Assembly (NCBI GenBank): GCA_963804975.1 | Contig: CAWDSG010000002.1 | Span: forward strand, 53,554-117,553 | Origin: an uncultured bacterium | Lineage (GTDB): Bacteria; Patescibacteriota; Minisyncoccia; Phycocordibacterales; GWA1-40-21 | Length of the DNA: 64,000 nt | Direction: 5' to 3' | Shown: positions 28,462 through 38,140 of the stretch, in pieces | Layout: each line of letters begins with the position of its first letter | Numbering within the stretch: the stretch's first letter is position 1 | Notes under the pieces: generated by a model | The model's input: only the letters and a program-made list of their open reading frames with translations | The model's database searches: none | Told to the model about the DNA's origin: nothing | Translations under genes and position numbers: made by a program

Positions 28462-28758
28462 ATGGCAGAAATTGATGATGAACAGGAAGAAGAGACGTCT
28501 GATTACGAAGATGAAATTTATGAAGAAGAAACCGTGTTTATTATGAGGGGATGGACTCCAAAATTAATAAACACTTACTATTGTAAAAGATGTAAGGATG
28601 CCGGAATTGAACATAAAGTTATTGATATTCCAGGACCGATAACTGATGATGAATGTGATTTTGGTCCGGGACTTCCTACTACCATGCGTCACTGCACTGG
28701 ATGTAGCGCAGAAGATGGTCCATGGGTAAGTGCGGAGTTGGTAGGATGTTGGGATTGA
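28462..28758 (+). CDS. small acidic protein with 4-Cys zinc-ribbon-like motif
   Basis: Asp/Glu-rich N-terminus, then CKRC...CTGC. Strong SD aggagga. An imperfect inverted repeat lies upstream. Confidence 0.4.
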   Translation: MAEIDDEQEEETSDYEDEIYEEETVFIMRGWTPKLINTYYCKRCKDAGIEHKVIDIPGPITDDECDFGPGLPTTMRHCTGCSAEDGPWVSAELVGCWD

Positions 28759-28831
28759 TGAGAAATTATTCGCAAAAGTTTTTTGTGAGTGATCGACCAA
28801 CTTTGTGCGAAAGCCAAGGTTGGTCGATTTT

Positions 28832-29917
28832 TTATTTCTGTCCTTCCAAAAACTTAATCACCACTTCATTTGAAAGAATCATTTCAACGTATGCTCTAAT
28901 CCTTTCTGGGTCGGCGTCTTTGTAAAGTTCCGTCAGATGCTTAATTTCTTTTTCCAATCTTTCCTTTTCAGGTTCAATTTTTTCTTCAAGAGAAATTTTC
29001 TGCAGAACTAACTGGGTTTTTGCCCGTTTTTCCGCGTCTGGTCTCCATTCTTTTTTCAAATCATCCCAAGTTTTCTTTATGTGTTTTAAATAATCTTCCG
29101 GCTGAAGCCCCATTTGCGCGATATCGGCTTTGAATTGTCCTTCCATCTTATCAAGCTCGCTTTCAATGAGGATTTTCGGCATCCCAATCTTTGATTCATT
29201 GGTGATTTTTTCAAGCATTTCCATTATTTTCTTGTCTCTCGCTTTCATTTCTTTTTCCCCGGCGATATTTTCTTTCAGCTTGATTTTAAAATCGGCGACA
29301 TCGCTGAATTGTCCCAATTTTTTTACGAATTCATCATTCAATTCCGGCAATTTTGTTTCCTCATGCTTACAATTTTCATCATGAGTATGACTTGCCCCGT
29401 GAAGTTCTGAATTTTTTACTTCACTGGGGTTTTGATGCGCATACATTCTTTTTATTTCTTCTATCGTTTCTTCAACTTGTTTTTCCGTTACTTCTTCCGG
29501 TTTTATTTCTTTTTCGTTTTCTTTCTTGGCGATTTTTTTGTAATCTGCAAGCTTCACTTCCGGCATTACTGTTACTTTTATCTTGAATTCTAAAGGAGCG
29601 CCGAGAGCAATTTTGCTTATGCTGATTTCCGGCCTGCCGAGAAAATTTATTTTTGATTCGGCGATTATTTCAATAGCGCAGTCGTTGATCGCCATTTCTC
29701 CAGCTTCTTCAAGCAAGCCGATATCGCCAATTTTTTCTTTCAGCTTGTTATCTGGCACATGGCCTTTGCGGAAACCCGGTAATTCGGTAACATCTTTTAT
29801 TTTTTTGAAGGCCTTATCTTTGTATGCCTCAAGCGCTTCTTTTGAAATCTCTGCGGTTATTTCCGCAATGCAATCCGGAAGATTTTTGGTTTCTTTTATA
29901 GTGTATATTTTTGTCAT
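28832..29917 (-). CDS. tig: trigger factor (short form)
   Basis: N-terminal ribosome-binding signature LPGFRKGHVP. The acidic C-terminal arm is helical. Confidence 0.7.
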   Translation of the reverse strand: MTKIYTIKETKNLPDCIAEITAEISKEALEAYKDKAFKKIKDVTELPGFRKGHVPDNKLKEKIGDIGLLEEAGEMAINDCAIEIIAESKINFLGRPEISISKIALGAPLEFKIKVTVMPEVKLADYKKIAKKENEKEIKPEEVTEKQVEETIEEIKRMYAHQNPSEVKNSELHGASHTHDENCKHEETKLPELNDEFVKKLGQFSDVADFKIKLKENIAGEKEMKARDKKIMEMLEKITNESKIGMPKILIESELDKMEGQFKADIAQMGLQPEDYLKHIKKTWDDLKKEWRPDAEKRAKTQLVLQKISLEEKIEPEKERLEKEIKHLTELYKDADPERIRAYVEMILSNEVVIKFLEGQK

Positions 29918-29990
29918 TCCAAGAGTGTAACGGAAAACAAGATAAAATGCAAAAGGCGGCTCGCTTCGCGAGCCGCCTTTTGCATTTTAG

Positions 29991-30206
29991 TTATTTTTTA
30001 GGATTTTCCGAATCGAGAGTGGTAGCGGTATTATTTATTTGTTCCGTAGTTGTAGAATTTTGCTGATTTTGCAGGGCCTGAAATTCTTTTTGTTTTTCAA
30101 TTCTTTGCCCGAAAAAGTAAATTCCGCCGAAAACTAGCATCAAAATCACTATTAGAATTCCTGATAAAGTGCCAATTTCATTTTTTTGATTATTTTGCGT
30201 TTGCAT
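29991..30206 (-). CDS. small single-TM membrane protein
   Basis: 71 aa with TM GILIVILMLVFGGIYFF and a Q/N/T-rich tail. Confidence 0.3.
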   Translation of the reverse strand: MQTQNNQKNEIGTLSGILIVILMLVFGGIYFFGQRIEKQKEFQALQNQQNSTTTEQINNTATTLDSENPKK

Positions 30207-30318
30207 TGGAGTGTCTTTATATTTTGAATTCTAAAACAATATCTCAGATATTGCAAGTGTTTTGCTAAAAAGAGCGGTTTTGCTTCGCAAAACCGCTCTT
30301 TTATTTTGGCAAGTTTTT

Positions 30319-31524
30319 TTATTGAGTTTCTTTTTCACCTTCTATCTCGTCTGCCTCCACATATTCTCCTTCCACTGAAATAATATCTATTTTCCATCCG
30401 GTGAGCTTCGCGGCCAATCTGACATTCTGTCCGCCCTTGCCGATAGCGAGCGATTGCTGGTCTCTCGCCACTTCCACAGTCGCTTTCTTTTCCTCATCAT
30501 TCGTTTCTATTGAAAGGATTCTTGCCGGCGAAAGAGCTTCTTCTATGAATTTTTTCGGATCGGCCGACCATTCTATGATGTCTATTTTTTCTCCGCCGAG
30601 CTCGGACATGACGGTCGTGACTCGGACTCCGCGCTGGCCGACAAGCGAGCCGACAGGGTCTATATGGTCGTCTTTTGAAGACACTGCGATTTTTGACCTT
30701 GAGCCGGCTTCCCGCGCGATTGATTTTATCAAGACGGTGCCCGCGCCAAGCTCCGGGGATTCGCTTTTGAACAATTCCTCCAAAAATCTCGGATGGGAAC
30801 GGGAAAGGCGCAAGAAAATTCCTTTCGGAGTTTCTTCCACTCTGTAAAGGTATGCCCTGATTCTTTCTCCCGGCTTGTATCTTTCTCCTGGAATCTGCTC
30901 TTCATAAGGCAAAATAGCGGTAGCTCTGCCCATATCCACAAAAAGATTTCCTCTTTCAAGGCGCTGAACGGTACCGATGACAATAGTGCCTTCCTTTTCT
31001 CCGTATTCGTTGAAGACAGAAACTTTTTCTGCTTCTCTGATTTTTTGGACGATGACCTGTTTTGCGGTCTGGGCTGCAATCCTGCCATAGTCGCTTTTCT
31101 CCTCAAGAGGGAAGACGAGTTCATCTCCGACTTTAGCGTCTTTTTTTATTTTTTTCGCGTCTGCCAGGAAAATATGATGCTCTGGATTGTAATAGACGAT
31201 TTTTTCCCCTTTCTCGTTCAATTCCTCTTTTTCCTCATCAAATCTTCTGGATTTTTTAAACCGCTCTTCCGCTTCTTTGTCTTCCTTTTTTTCTTCACGC
31301 ATGACCACGCTGTCTTTATCCACGACGGTTTTCACCTGGATGAATTCCATTTTTCCGCTTGAAAGATCGATTTTGGCTTTTATGATCTGGCCTCTTTTGC
31401 CGTATTCTTTTTTATATGCGGTAGCGAGGGCCATTTCTATGGCCTCCACCATTTTTTCTTTCGGTATGCCTTTTTCCTGCTCCATCTGCTCTATGACCGA
31501 ATTTATGACTTTTAGATCTATCAT
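30319..31524 (-). CDS. nusA: transcription termination/antitermination factor NusA
   Basis: NusA N-terminal domain MIDLKVINSVIEQMEQEKGIPKEKMVEAIE, S1 domain, and KH domains with VGQRG...VRVTTV. Confidence 0.9.
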   Translation of the reverse strand: MIDLKVINSVIEQMEQEKGIPKEKMVEAIEMALATAYKKEYGKRGQIIKAKIDLSSGKMEFIQVKTVVDKDSVVMREEKKEDKEAEERFKKSRRFDEEKEELNEKGEKIVYYNPEHHIFLADAKKIKKDAKVGDELVFPLEEKSDYGRIAAQTAKQVIVQKIREAEKVSVFNEYGEKEGTIVIGTVQRLERGNLFVDMGRATAILPYEEQIPGERYKPGERIRAYLYRVEETPKGIFLRLSRSHPRFLEELFKSESPELGAGTVLIKSIAREAGSRSKIAVSSKDDHIDPVGSLVGQRGVRVTTVMSELGGEKIDIIEWSADPKKFIEEALSPARILSIETNDEEKKATVEVARDQQSLAIGKGGQNVRLAAKLTGWKIDIISVEGEYVEADEIEGEKETQ

Positions 31525-31627
31525 TTGATTGATTTTTGTTAGTTTTTAAAAAAATGGGTTCGCCATCGGCGAACCTAATACCGCTCTATCATACACAATT
31601 GTCTTTTTTTGTCAATATTTGATATAA

Positions 31628-34315
31628 TTGTATCAGTATTATCAATTTAATCATACAAAATTCACATTTATGAAAAAAATTCTATTGGTTTCATCGGTGC
31701 TTGTTTTTTGCCTCTTTGCCGTTAACTCGGCTTCCGCCCAAGTTGTGGCGCAAAATACATCTTCAGGCGGCGTTGTCGTTGCCACGGTAAATATATATAA
31801 CGCAAAAATCGTATCGCAGGACGGCAGGAATTTTGCATTGTCTTTTGAACTTTCAAATGAATCCGGCGTCCAGCCGCAAGTGGAATATTCCGTCAGATTG
31901 ACAGAAAATTCATCGTCCGGAGAAACTTTGGTGGATGAAAAAGTTTATGATAAAACTATTTCTCTTGATCAGAAAACAACCATCAATCAAACCATAAATT
32001 ACAGCGTGCCGAATGCGCTTCCTGCGGGCACATATGGCATTTGGATTATGAGCAGGAATGAAAGCGGTTTGCCTCTTGCCATTGCCTATGTCGGAGACGT
32101 GAAAATTGCGGCGAGCGTGGCAGGCACCGTTGAAATAATTCCCGATTCCTGTTATCTGACTGCGGGAACAAGTACTCAAAAATATTCTTTGTCTCAAGGT
32201 ATTTTGATTTCAGATTCGGATAAAATAATTGAAACTTGCAAAATTGCGAGCAATTTATCAAAAGGCGCGGTTCTTACTCCGAAATTTGAAACAAGAAGCA
32301 ACAGTGTTTTTGGTACAGATGTGGCGCAGTCCGGCGGAGCAACGGGTACGATAGAAATTAAAAACGGCGCGAATGATATATCTCTTGCATTGCCGAAAGC
32401 AACGGCGCCGGGAAATTATGTTTCTATTTTATCGCTCGCCTCTTCCGTAGGACAAATAACTTCAAATGAAGTTACAGCCAATTACACCATCAAAGGTTTG
32501 AGCGGAACTATACAAAATGTCATTCTTGATAAAACTTTTTACAAAGCAGGCGATATGGCCAATCTCCAGATATTCAGGACATTATCGGGAATTGTTTCAA
32601 CGACAACGATAACCACTTCAATAACGGACGGTCAGGGCAACGCCTGTTCAAATTCCGCGGAAGTGCAAATACCGTCAAATATCTTGATAACGAATATGCA
32701 GATACCGATTGCCAAAGATTGCGCCAATCCAAAAGCGAATATCACTTTATCGGCAAACGGAACAATTCTTGATTCAAAAGATTTTCAAATTACAACTCCT
32801 GCAAATCTTCTGCCTAAACCTGCAATCAATGCAAATAATCTGATTATCATAATAATCATCGTTTTGATTTTACTGATGATTATTTTCAGAAAAAAGAAAC
32901 AGCCGGCAGTCAGCGCACTTATTTTTATTTTTCTGCTTGCATCCGCTCTGTTTGGTTTTTCAAAAAATGTTTCAGCAAATACCGTATCATTCGGCTTTTC
33001 TTCAAATGATCCATCCATAGGTTGTGGAAATTATTGCTATGTCAACATAGTGACAGGTTTGGATAAAAGCTCTTATACTCCAAGTGGAAACATGATTGCT
33101 TCAAATTTTTCCGCATCCAATATACTTGTAAATATTACCGTGCAAGGATATATTGATTCAGGTTCCCATTCCACAATAGCGTCACTTACCTATTTTTCAA
33201 GCGGAGGCCAAACAAGCGTGAAAAATTTTACAGCTCCCGCATCTGCCGGTTCGCATAATTTTAATGTATATAATTATTTTTGTCAGGTAGTTCCAATATT
33301 TGGAAGCTGCATTTCCGGCACCGGTGGCAGCAAAACTCAAGCGATTCCATTTACCGTTTCTGCTCCTCTGACAATCAGCATCTCTGCCAATCCTTCCATC
33401 GTCACTTCCGGCGGCCAGACAACTATTACTTATAGCGGTTCAAATACAAGCGCTTACACACTTTCCTCAAATCCTGATATGGTGGCATTATCAAAAACTG
33501 TAAAAGTTGCCAATACTGATTTAAATAATGTTGCTACGGTTTTACAATCGGCAAATAATTTGAATGGTAATCCTTTTAACTATACGGTGCCTGTCAACAT
33601 TTCTCAAACTACAACTTTCACTCTTTCAGCTACCGGGACGGATGGCGTGACAACTGCATCAACCAGCACGATTGTGAATGTAGCGGGCAAGAGCTGCGCC
33701 GATTGCGCTAATGGTACCGGTTTTCAGGCCCCGGCCAATGTCTATGCGACCACCACCTGCAGCAACATGCAACCGATCATAACGTGGACAAATCTTGACA
33801 GTAACGTTGAAGATTATATATACAGGGGAGCGACGTTGATAGCGACAATAACAGGAAATTCATATCAAGATAATGCGGTTGCATTATCAAACGGCAAGCA
33901 ATATTCATATACAATCCAAGAATATGACGCAGGCGCCGCCAGCACTTCTCCGATGTCTGCAGCCAGTTCATTTACTTATAGTTCTTGTCCTAAAGCGCAG
34001 CAGCCGATAACATCTTCTACTGATTGTTCAGCAAGCCAGGCAGGTTCCCCAATTATTTATGTGAATAAGGCAATGACTTGGACAATGGAAAATCTTGATC
34101 CAAAATTTATCGTGTCCAGCACCATTTGGAGCGGCACCGATTTGCCTTCCGCCGGCATAACCACAAACGGAACGTCATTGAGCAAAATTTACACAACAGT
34201 CGGTTCAAAGACGATAAACGCTACTACGACGGGCACTATAGATGGAAGTTCTACTTACACGGCGACTTGTTCCACAACAGTAAAATTGAAACAGGGGATT
34301 ATTCAGGAAATATAA
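31628..34315 (+). CDS. large predicted surface/cell-wall-associated protein with internal TM-Lys stop-transfer followed by a second signal-peptide-like segment
   Basis: N-terminal signal peptide and roughly 400 aa rich in S/T/N/G. At about aa 405-450 the segment IIIIIIVLILLMIIFRKKKQPAVSALIFIFLLASALFGFSKNVSANT occurs. A roughly 440-aa S/T-rich C-terminal region with several Cys follows. Confidence 0.5.
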   Translation: MYQYYQFNHTKFTFMKKILLVSSVLVFCLFAVNSASAQVVAQNTSSGGVVVATVNIYNAKIVSQDGRNFALSFELSNESGVQPQVEYSVRLTENSSSGETLVDEKVYDKTISLDQKTTINQTINYSVPNALPAGTYGIWIMSRNESGLPLAIAYVGDVKIAASVAGTVEIIPDSCYLTAGTSTQKYSLSQGILISDSDKIIETCKIASNLSKGAVLTPKFETRSNSVFGTDVAQSGGATGTIEIKNGANDISLALPKATAPGNYVSILSLASSVGQITSNEVTANYTIKGLSGTIQNVILDKTFYKAGDMANLQIFRTLSGIVSTTTITTSITDGQGNACSNSAEVQIPSNILITNMQIPIAKDCANPKANITLSANGTILDSKDFQITTPANLLPKPAINANNLIIIIIIVLILLMIIFRKKKQPAVSALIFIFLLASALFGFSKNVSANTVSFGFSSNDPSIGCGNYCYVNIVTGLDKSSYTPSGNMIASNFSASNILVNITVQGYIDSGSHSTIASLTYFSSGGQTSVKNFTAPASAGSHNFNVYNYFCQVVPIFGSCISGTGGSKTQAIPFTVSAPLTISISANPSIVTSGGQTTITYSGSNTSAYTLSSNPDMVALSKTVKVANTDLNNVATVLQSANNLNGNPFNYTVPVNISQTTTFTLSATGTDGVTTASTSTIVNVAGKSCADCANGTGFQAPANVYATTTCSNMQPIITWTNLDSNVEDYIYRGATLIATITGNSYQDNAVALSNGKQYSYTIQEYDAGAASTSPMSAASSFTYSSCPKAQQPITSSTDCSASQAGSPIIYVNKAMTWTMENLDPKFIVSSTIWSGTDLPSAGITTNGTSLSKIYTTVGSKTINATTTGTIDGSSTYTATCSTTVKLKQGIIQEI

Positions 34316-34452
34316 AAAAAGTGCTTGACAAATTGGTGAATATAGTATAACCTACAGGCAGATGTTAGTAAAGGTTTCTCTCTAAATGGGGGGATTCCAA
34401 TACCCCTATAAAATTAATAAGAAATCAAAAATAAACAACCAAGGAGGTTGTC

Positions 34453-34920
34453 ATGAAACATTTATTGATGTTAACGGTTTTGTTGTTAACAAGTTCTTTG
34501 CTTGCGATTGTCGGATGCAGTAATCCGTCTCCGGCAGGGCCAGGTCCTTCGCCGACATTAACGCCGACGGTAACAGCAATCCCGACAAAAACGATTCGGT
34601 GTGATATTAACATCACTGCATCGTCTTCCTCGGATCCAGTAACGATTGATTATTTGGATGCGAGTGTTGTTGGGGGAGGAGTATCGCAGCAGATTATTCT
34701 TCCGGTAGGCATATCATCAAAATCGTTTACTTTCACGGCTGTTGTAGGTGGCGAATTTCAGATAAAAGTAAGATATAAGGCTGTTAGCGTACCATCTACT
34801 ATAACGATTGCAATTTATCAAAATACGATATTGATAGATAATCCTTCCGCAACCGATGGTTCATCAGCTGGACCAGTAACATTTACTTATGGACCGTTTG
34901 CAATTGCATCTTCACCTTAA
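34453..34920 (+). CDS. small lipoprotein (lipobox LAIVGC)
   Basis: Signal peptide plus lipobox, and a P/T-rich linker. Strong SD aaggagg. A terminator hairpin lies downstream (aagggttcg...cgaaccctt plus T-run). Confidence 0.5.
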   Translation: MKHLLMLTVLLLTSSLLAIVGCSNPSPAGPGPSPTLTPTVTAIPTKTIRCDINITASSSSDPVTIDYLDASVVGGGVSQQIILPVGISSKSFTFTAVVGGEFQIKVRYKAVSVPSTITIAIYQNTILIDNPSATDGSSAGPVTFTYGPFAIASSP

Positions 34921-35102
34921 AGAAAAATTTTGGTTTCAAAAAAGGGTTCGTTTGGCATTTGCTTATAGCATTGCCGGGCGAACCCTTATTTTTTAAATTT
35001 TTTATAAATTTGTCAATCCCAAGGTCTCACCTCAGAGTTTTTTAGATGAGAACATATAAAGATTTTCTTTAGGTTGGACCTAAAGAATTTAAAAAAATAG
35101 CC

Positions 35103-35140
35103 CTAGTGAGTTTATATAATTAATTATATAAACTCACTAG
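35103..35140. repeat. perfect 38-bp palindrome between convergent lipoprotein genes (bidirectional terminator or protein-binding site)
   Basis: ctagtgagtttatataatt / aattatataaactcactag. Confidence 0.6.
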
Positions 35141-35174
35141 AGCCGTAAACTAAAAATTATTACATGTGCAACTA

Positions 35175-35651
35175 CTATTTGGTAAGCGCCAACTGCCCAT
35201 TCGTAAATGGTCCTGAACAAGAATTATTGCCTTTGTATGTTCCATTAATTGTGGTGTTCGTTAAAGCAGCGGATCCTGAAAGATTTATTGTACAAGTTGC
35301 ATATATTGGTGATTGAATGCCGCCAACTGGCACAGCCATCGTAAAATTTAAAGTTGTTCCTGAAATTGTTCCTGAAACTGTACCATTGATGACAATACTG
35401 CCTCCACTGCCTGCTCTGGCTAAAAAAGTACCGCTTATACTGTCCCCTGATTGCACAATCTGCCAAGTGCATGGTCCTGGTACTCCCGCTCCTGACGAAT
35501 CCGCCACTGAACCAGACCATGTTCCGGTAAGATTCAACGCAAGCGTTGGCGTTGATGTCGAATTTTGCGGCGATGTTGAAGATTTACCGCACGAGATCAA
35601 AAACATTGAAACAAACACAGCAACTGCCAAAAACAACAATAACTTTTTCAT
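35175..35651 (-). CDS. small lipoprotein (lipobox LISCG)
   Basis: Signal peptide plus lipobox, S/T/G-rich. Divergent from the radical SAM gene. Confidence 0.5.
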   Translation of the reverse strand: MKKLLLFLAVAVFVSMFLISCGKSSTSPQNSTSTPTLALNLTGTWSGSVADSSGAGVPGPCTWQIVQSGDSISGTFLARAGSGGSIVINGTVSGTISGTTLNFTMAVPVGGIQSPIYATCTINLSGSAALTNTTINGTYKGNNSCSGPFTNGQLALTK

Positions 35652-35800
35652 GTCTTCCTCCTAGAAGTATTTCCTTTATTTGATTCTAAAGGGTAAGGGG
35701 TCTCCTTATTGCGAGAACCTTTACTGACACCTGCTTGTATGTCATACTATATACATCAGTTTGTCAAGTACGCATAATAACACGTACATTACTCGTGCTC

Positions 35801-35829
35801 TTGACTTTATATTATTTATTTTGTACAAT
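35801..35829 (+). promoter_or_regulatory. sigma70-like promoter upstream of the radical SAM gene
   Basis: TTGACT, a 17-bp spacer, then TACAAT. Sits about 40 bp upstream of SD aaagaaggtg and the ATG at 35871. Confidence 0.45.
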
Positions 35830-35870
35830 TACAATAAATTTAGTTCATTAAAAAAGAAAGAAGGTGCAGA

Positions 35871-37163
35871 ATGTATAAAACGCTTTCAGGTCCAATTGCT
35901 GTGCAGATTGAGATAACCGAATTGTGCAATAACACATGCATGCATTGTTATAACTTTTTCAGACACAATGGTTATGTTTGTAAAACCATGTCCGAAAAAG
36001 AAGTTTCAATAGTTGTGAATGAATTACGGAAGCATCAAGTTATCAGGGGAACTATTACCGGAGGAGAACCGCTTATGGTCCCCGATATTTTTTTGAAATT
36101 GGTCGATGGAATGGCATCGATGGGAATGAGTATATCGGTGAACACCAACCTCATTTTTTTTAATGAAGCCATCGGAACCGAGCTACTCAAAAAAGGAGTC
36201 AAGGCCATATTGACAAGTATCATCGCTGATACCCCGGAATTACATGATTTTATAACTCAAAACCCGGGAAGTTGGGAAGGAACCATAAACGGAATCAAGC
36301 TTGCTAAAAAGATGGGTTTTCGAGTTTCAGCAAACATGGTTCTAACAAAATGGAATATCCAAAGAGTTCGTGAAGTCGGTAATCTTGCCAGTTCGCTCGG
36401 TGTGAATACATTTGGAGCGACTCGCGCTTGTTCTCCGGGTCCTATTGCGGAAGATTTTCATAAAAATATTATTTCCGTTGAGGAACTCCGAGAGAGCATA
36501 AAAATCCTCTATGAGTTAAAGGACAAGTGGAATTATCAAGTCGATGTTTTTGAACACTATCCTTGGTGTGCAATTAGCGACCTTGAGAAATACTCTCATC
36601 TGGCGAGAAGGACCTGCACAGCCGGAATAACGAGCTGTACAATAGGTACGGATGGCCAACTAAGGCCTTGCGGTCATTCCTCAATGAAGTACGGAAATAT
36701 TTTTTCCGAAGGAATATCAACTCCTTGGTTAAAAATGGCGGATTTGAGGAAACGTTTATATTCCGAATCGTGCAGAAAGTGCAGCTTATTTATGAAATGC
36801 ACTGGTGGTTGTCCGACAGAGATTCAGAATTCCCGGAACAAAAAGGATCCACATTGTATAAGCAAAAAGGACGTGGTTTCCCTTCCGGTAAAAAAAGAGA
36901 ATATCGTTGTATCATCGGATCCAGATTGTATCTACACTCTGAACAGTAAAATAGTTTTGCGCTACGAGAAGTTTGGAGGTACAATAGGATCTAGAGACAG
37001 CGATAAATTGTTATTTGCTGATAAGGAACTTTTTGATATCCTCATGAGTTTGAGGAATCAAAAGTTTTCTATCAGACAAATTTCCATTGAGTTCTCCAAG
37101 GATCTAGATCAAATTCTTCCGATATTTTCTTCTCTATTCTCGAAAGGATTTCTGGTCCAGTAA
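35871..37163 (+). CDS. radical SAM / SPASM-domain peptide-modifying enzyme
   Basis: N-terminal CX3CX2C (ITELCNNTCMHCY) and the GGEPLM motif. The C-terminus is Cys-rich and SPASM-like (CTAGITSCTIG...RPCGHSS...CRKCSLFMKCTGGCPTE). Confidence 0.85.
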   Translation: MYKTLSGPIAVQIEITELCNNTCMHCYNFFRHNGYVCKTMSEKEVSIVVNELRKHQVIRGTITGGEPLMVPDIFLKLVDGMASMGMSISVNTNLIFFNEAIGTELLKKGVKAILTSIIADTPELHDFITQNPGSWEGTINGIKLAKKMGFRVSANMVLTKWNIQRVREVGNLASSLGVNTFGATRACSPGPIAEDFHKNIISVEELRESIKILYELKDKWNYQVDVFEHYPWCAISDLEKYSHLARRTCTAGITSCTIGTDGQLRPCGHSSMKYGNIFSEGISTPWLKMADLRKRLYSESCRKCSLFMKCTGGCPTEIQNSRNKKDPHCISKKDVVSLPVKKENIVVSSDPDCIYTLNSKIVLRYEKFGGTIGSRDSDKLLFADKELFDILMSLRNQKFSIRQISIEFSKDLDQILPIFSSLFSKGFLVQ

Positions 37164-37210
37164 ATTTTGATTTTTGATCCCAAAAAAGGAGGTGATGGGC
37201 ATGAAGTTCC

Positions 37211-37345
37211 TCGGATTGCAAGAAAAAAGCGAGACGAGTCAGGACGCTTCTGTTTTGAGCAATCCTGAAGAGTGCGACAGCGACTGCTACTATGACTGTA
37301 ACACGGAGTCCGATCATGCAGGAGCGAACGGATAAGTTTCTTCCG
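37211..37345 (+). CDS. 44-aa Cys/Asp/Tyr-rich peptide - candidate RiPP precursor (below the size cut-off of the six-frame ORF list)
   Basis: GGAGG lies 8 nt upstream of ATG 37211. Translation is MKFLGLQEKSETSQDASVLSNPEECDSDCYYDCNTESDHAGANG. Sits 48 nt after the rSAM stop and is followed by a strong terminator. Confidence 0.55.
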
Positions 37346-37371
37346 AAGCACTCAATAAGCGAGCGGCAACA

Positions 37372-37401
37372 ATATGTTGCCGCTTTTTTATAGATATAAT
37401 A
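37372..37401 (+). terminator. rho-independent terminator after the peptide gene
   Basis: Stem agcggcaac ... gttgccgct with loop aatat, then ttttttat. Confidence 0.6.
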
Positions 37402-37425
37402 AATTTATTTTGCTATAATTAATAT

Positions 37426-38130
37426 ATGGAAAAACCTTCTCAAGTAGTCAAATTTGTTATTGATAAAGATTTGGATATTAAAAACCATTTCATTGCTTTA
37501 GATGCATATAAAATAAACAAAGAACGTGGAATCTCGCAAATTAAAGAAGAAGGTTCAGAAAATCTTTTGAAACTAAACTCAAATAAAGAGATTCAAGCAG
37601 AAATCGAAAAAACCATAGAACCATATTATAGGCAACAAGAGAAACTTCTTTCCCTTGCTGATGATATAAATAAAGAATGGATAAAAATCGAAAAAGACGT
37701 TATCCATAAACTTGAAACAATCCATAAATTTCCTTTTTCATTTACCTCAATAAAGGGAGTTTTGTCCTCGGCAAATAGATTTGGGTACGATTCAAATGGT
37801 GGATGGTTTGCAACGAATATGCGACAGAATAAATATATTTGCATAGATGTTGCAACTCATGAGCTAATGCATTTTATGTTTCATAAATATTATGATCAGA
37901 TTTGTAAAGAAAAAGGTTTATCCAAAAATCAGATGTGGGATATAAAAGAATCTTTTACTGTGTTGTTAAATATTGAATTTAATCAGTTTAGATTTCAAAG
38001 TGATAATAGCAAAGGATCACCATTACATATGGCATTAAGAGAAATAATAAAAAAATCTTGGGAAAAAAATCATGACTTTGATAAAGCTTTGGAAGAAGCC
38101 ATCAAATATATCAAAAGTATTGATAAGTAA
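37426..38130 (+). CDS. HExxHxxxH-motif protein, putative zinc metallopeptidase (ImmA/IrrE/DUF955-like signature)
   Basis: ATHELMHFMFH motif in a 234-aa soluble protein. No other homology recognised by eye. Confidence 0.4.
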   Translation: MEKPSQVVKFVIDKDLDIKNHFIALDAYKINKERGISQIKEEGSENLLKLNSNKEIQAEIEKTIEPYYRQQEKLLSLADDINKEWIKIEKDVIHKLETIHKFPFSFTSIKGVLSSANRFGYDSNGGWFATNMRQNKYICIDVATHELMHFMFHKYYDQICKEKGLSKNQMWDIKESFTVLLNIEFNQFRFQSDNSKGSPLHMALREIIKKSWEKNHDFDKALEEAIKYIKSIDK

Positions 38131-38140
38131 AAAACCTGAA

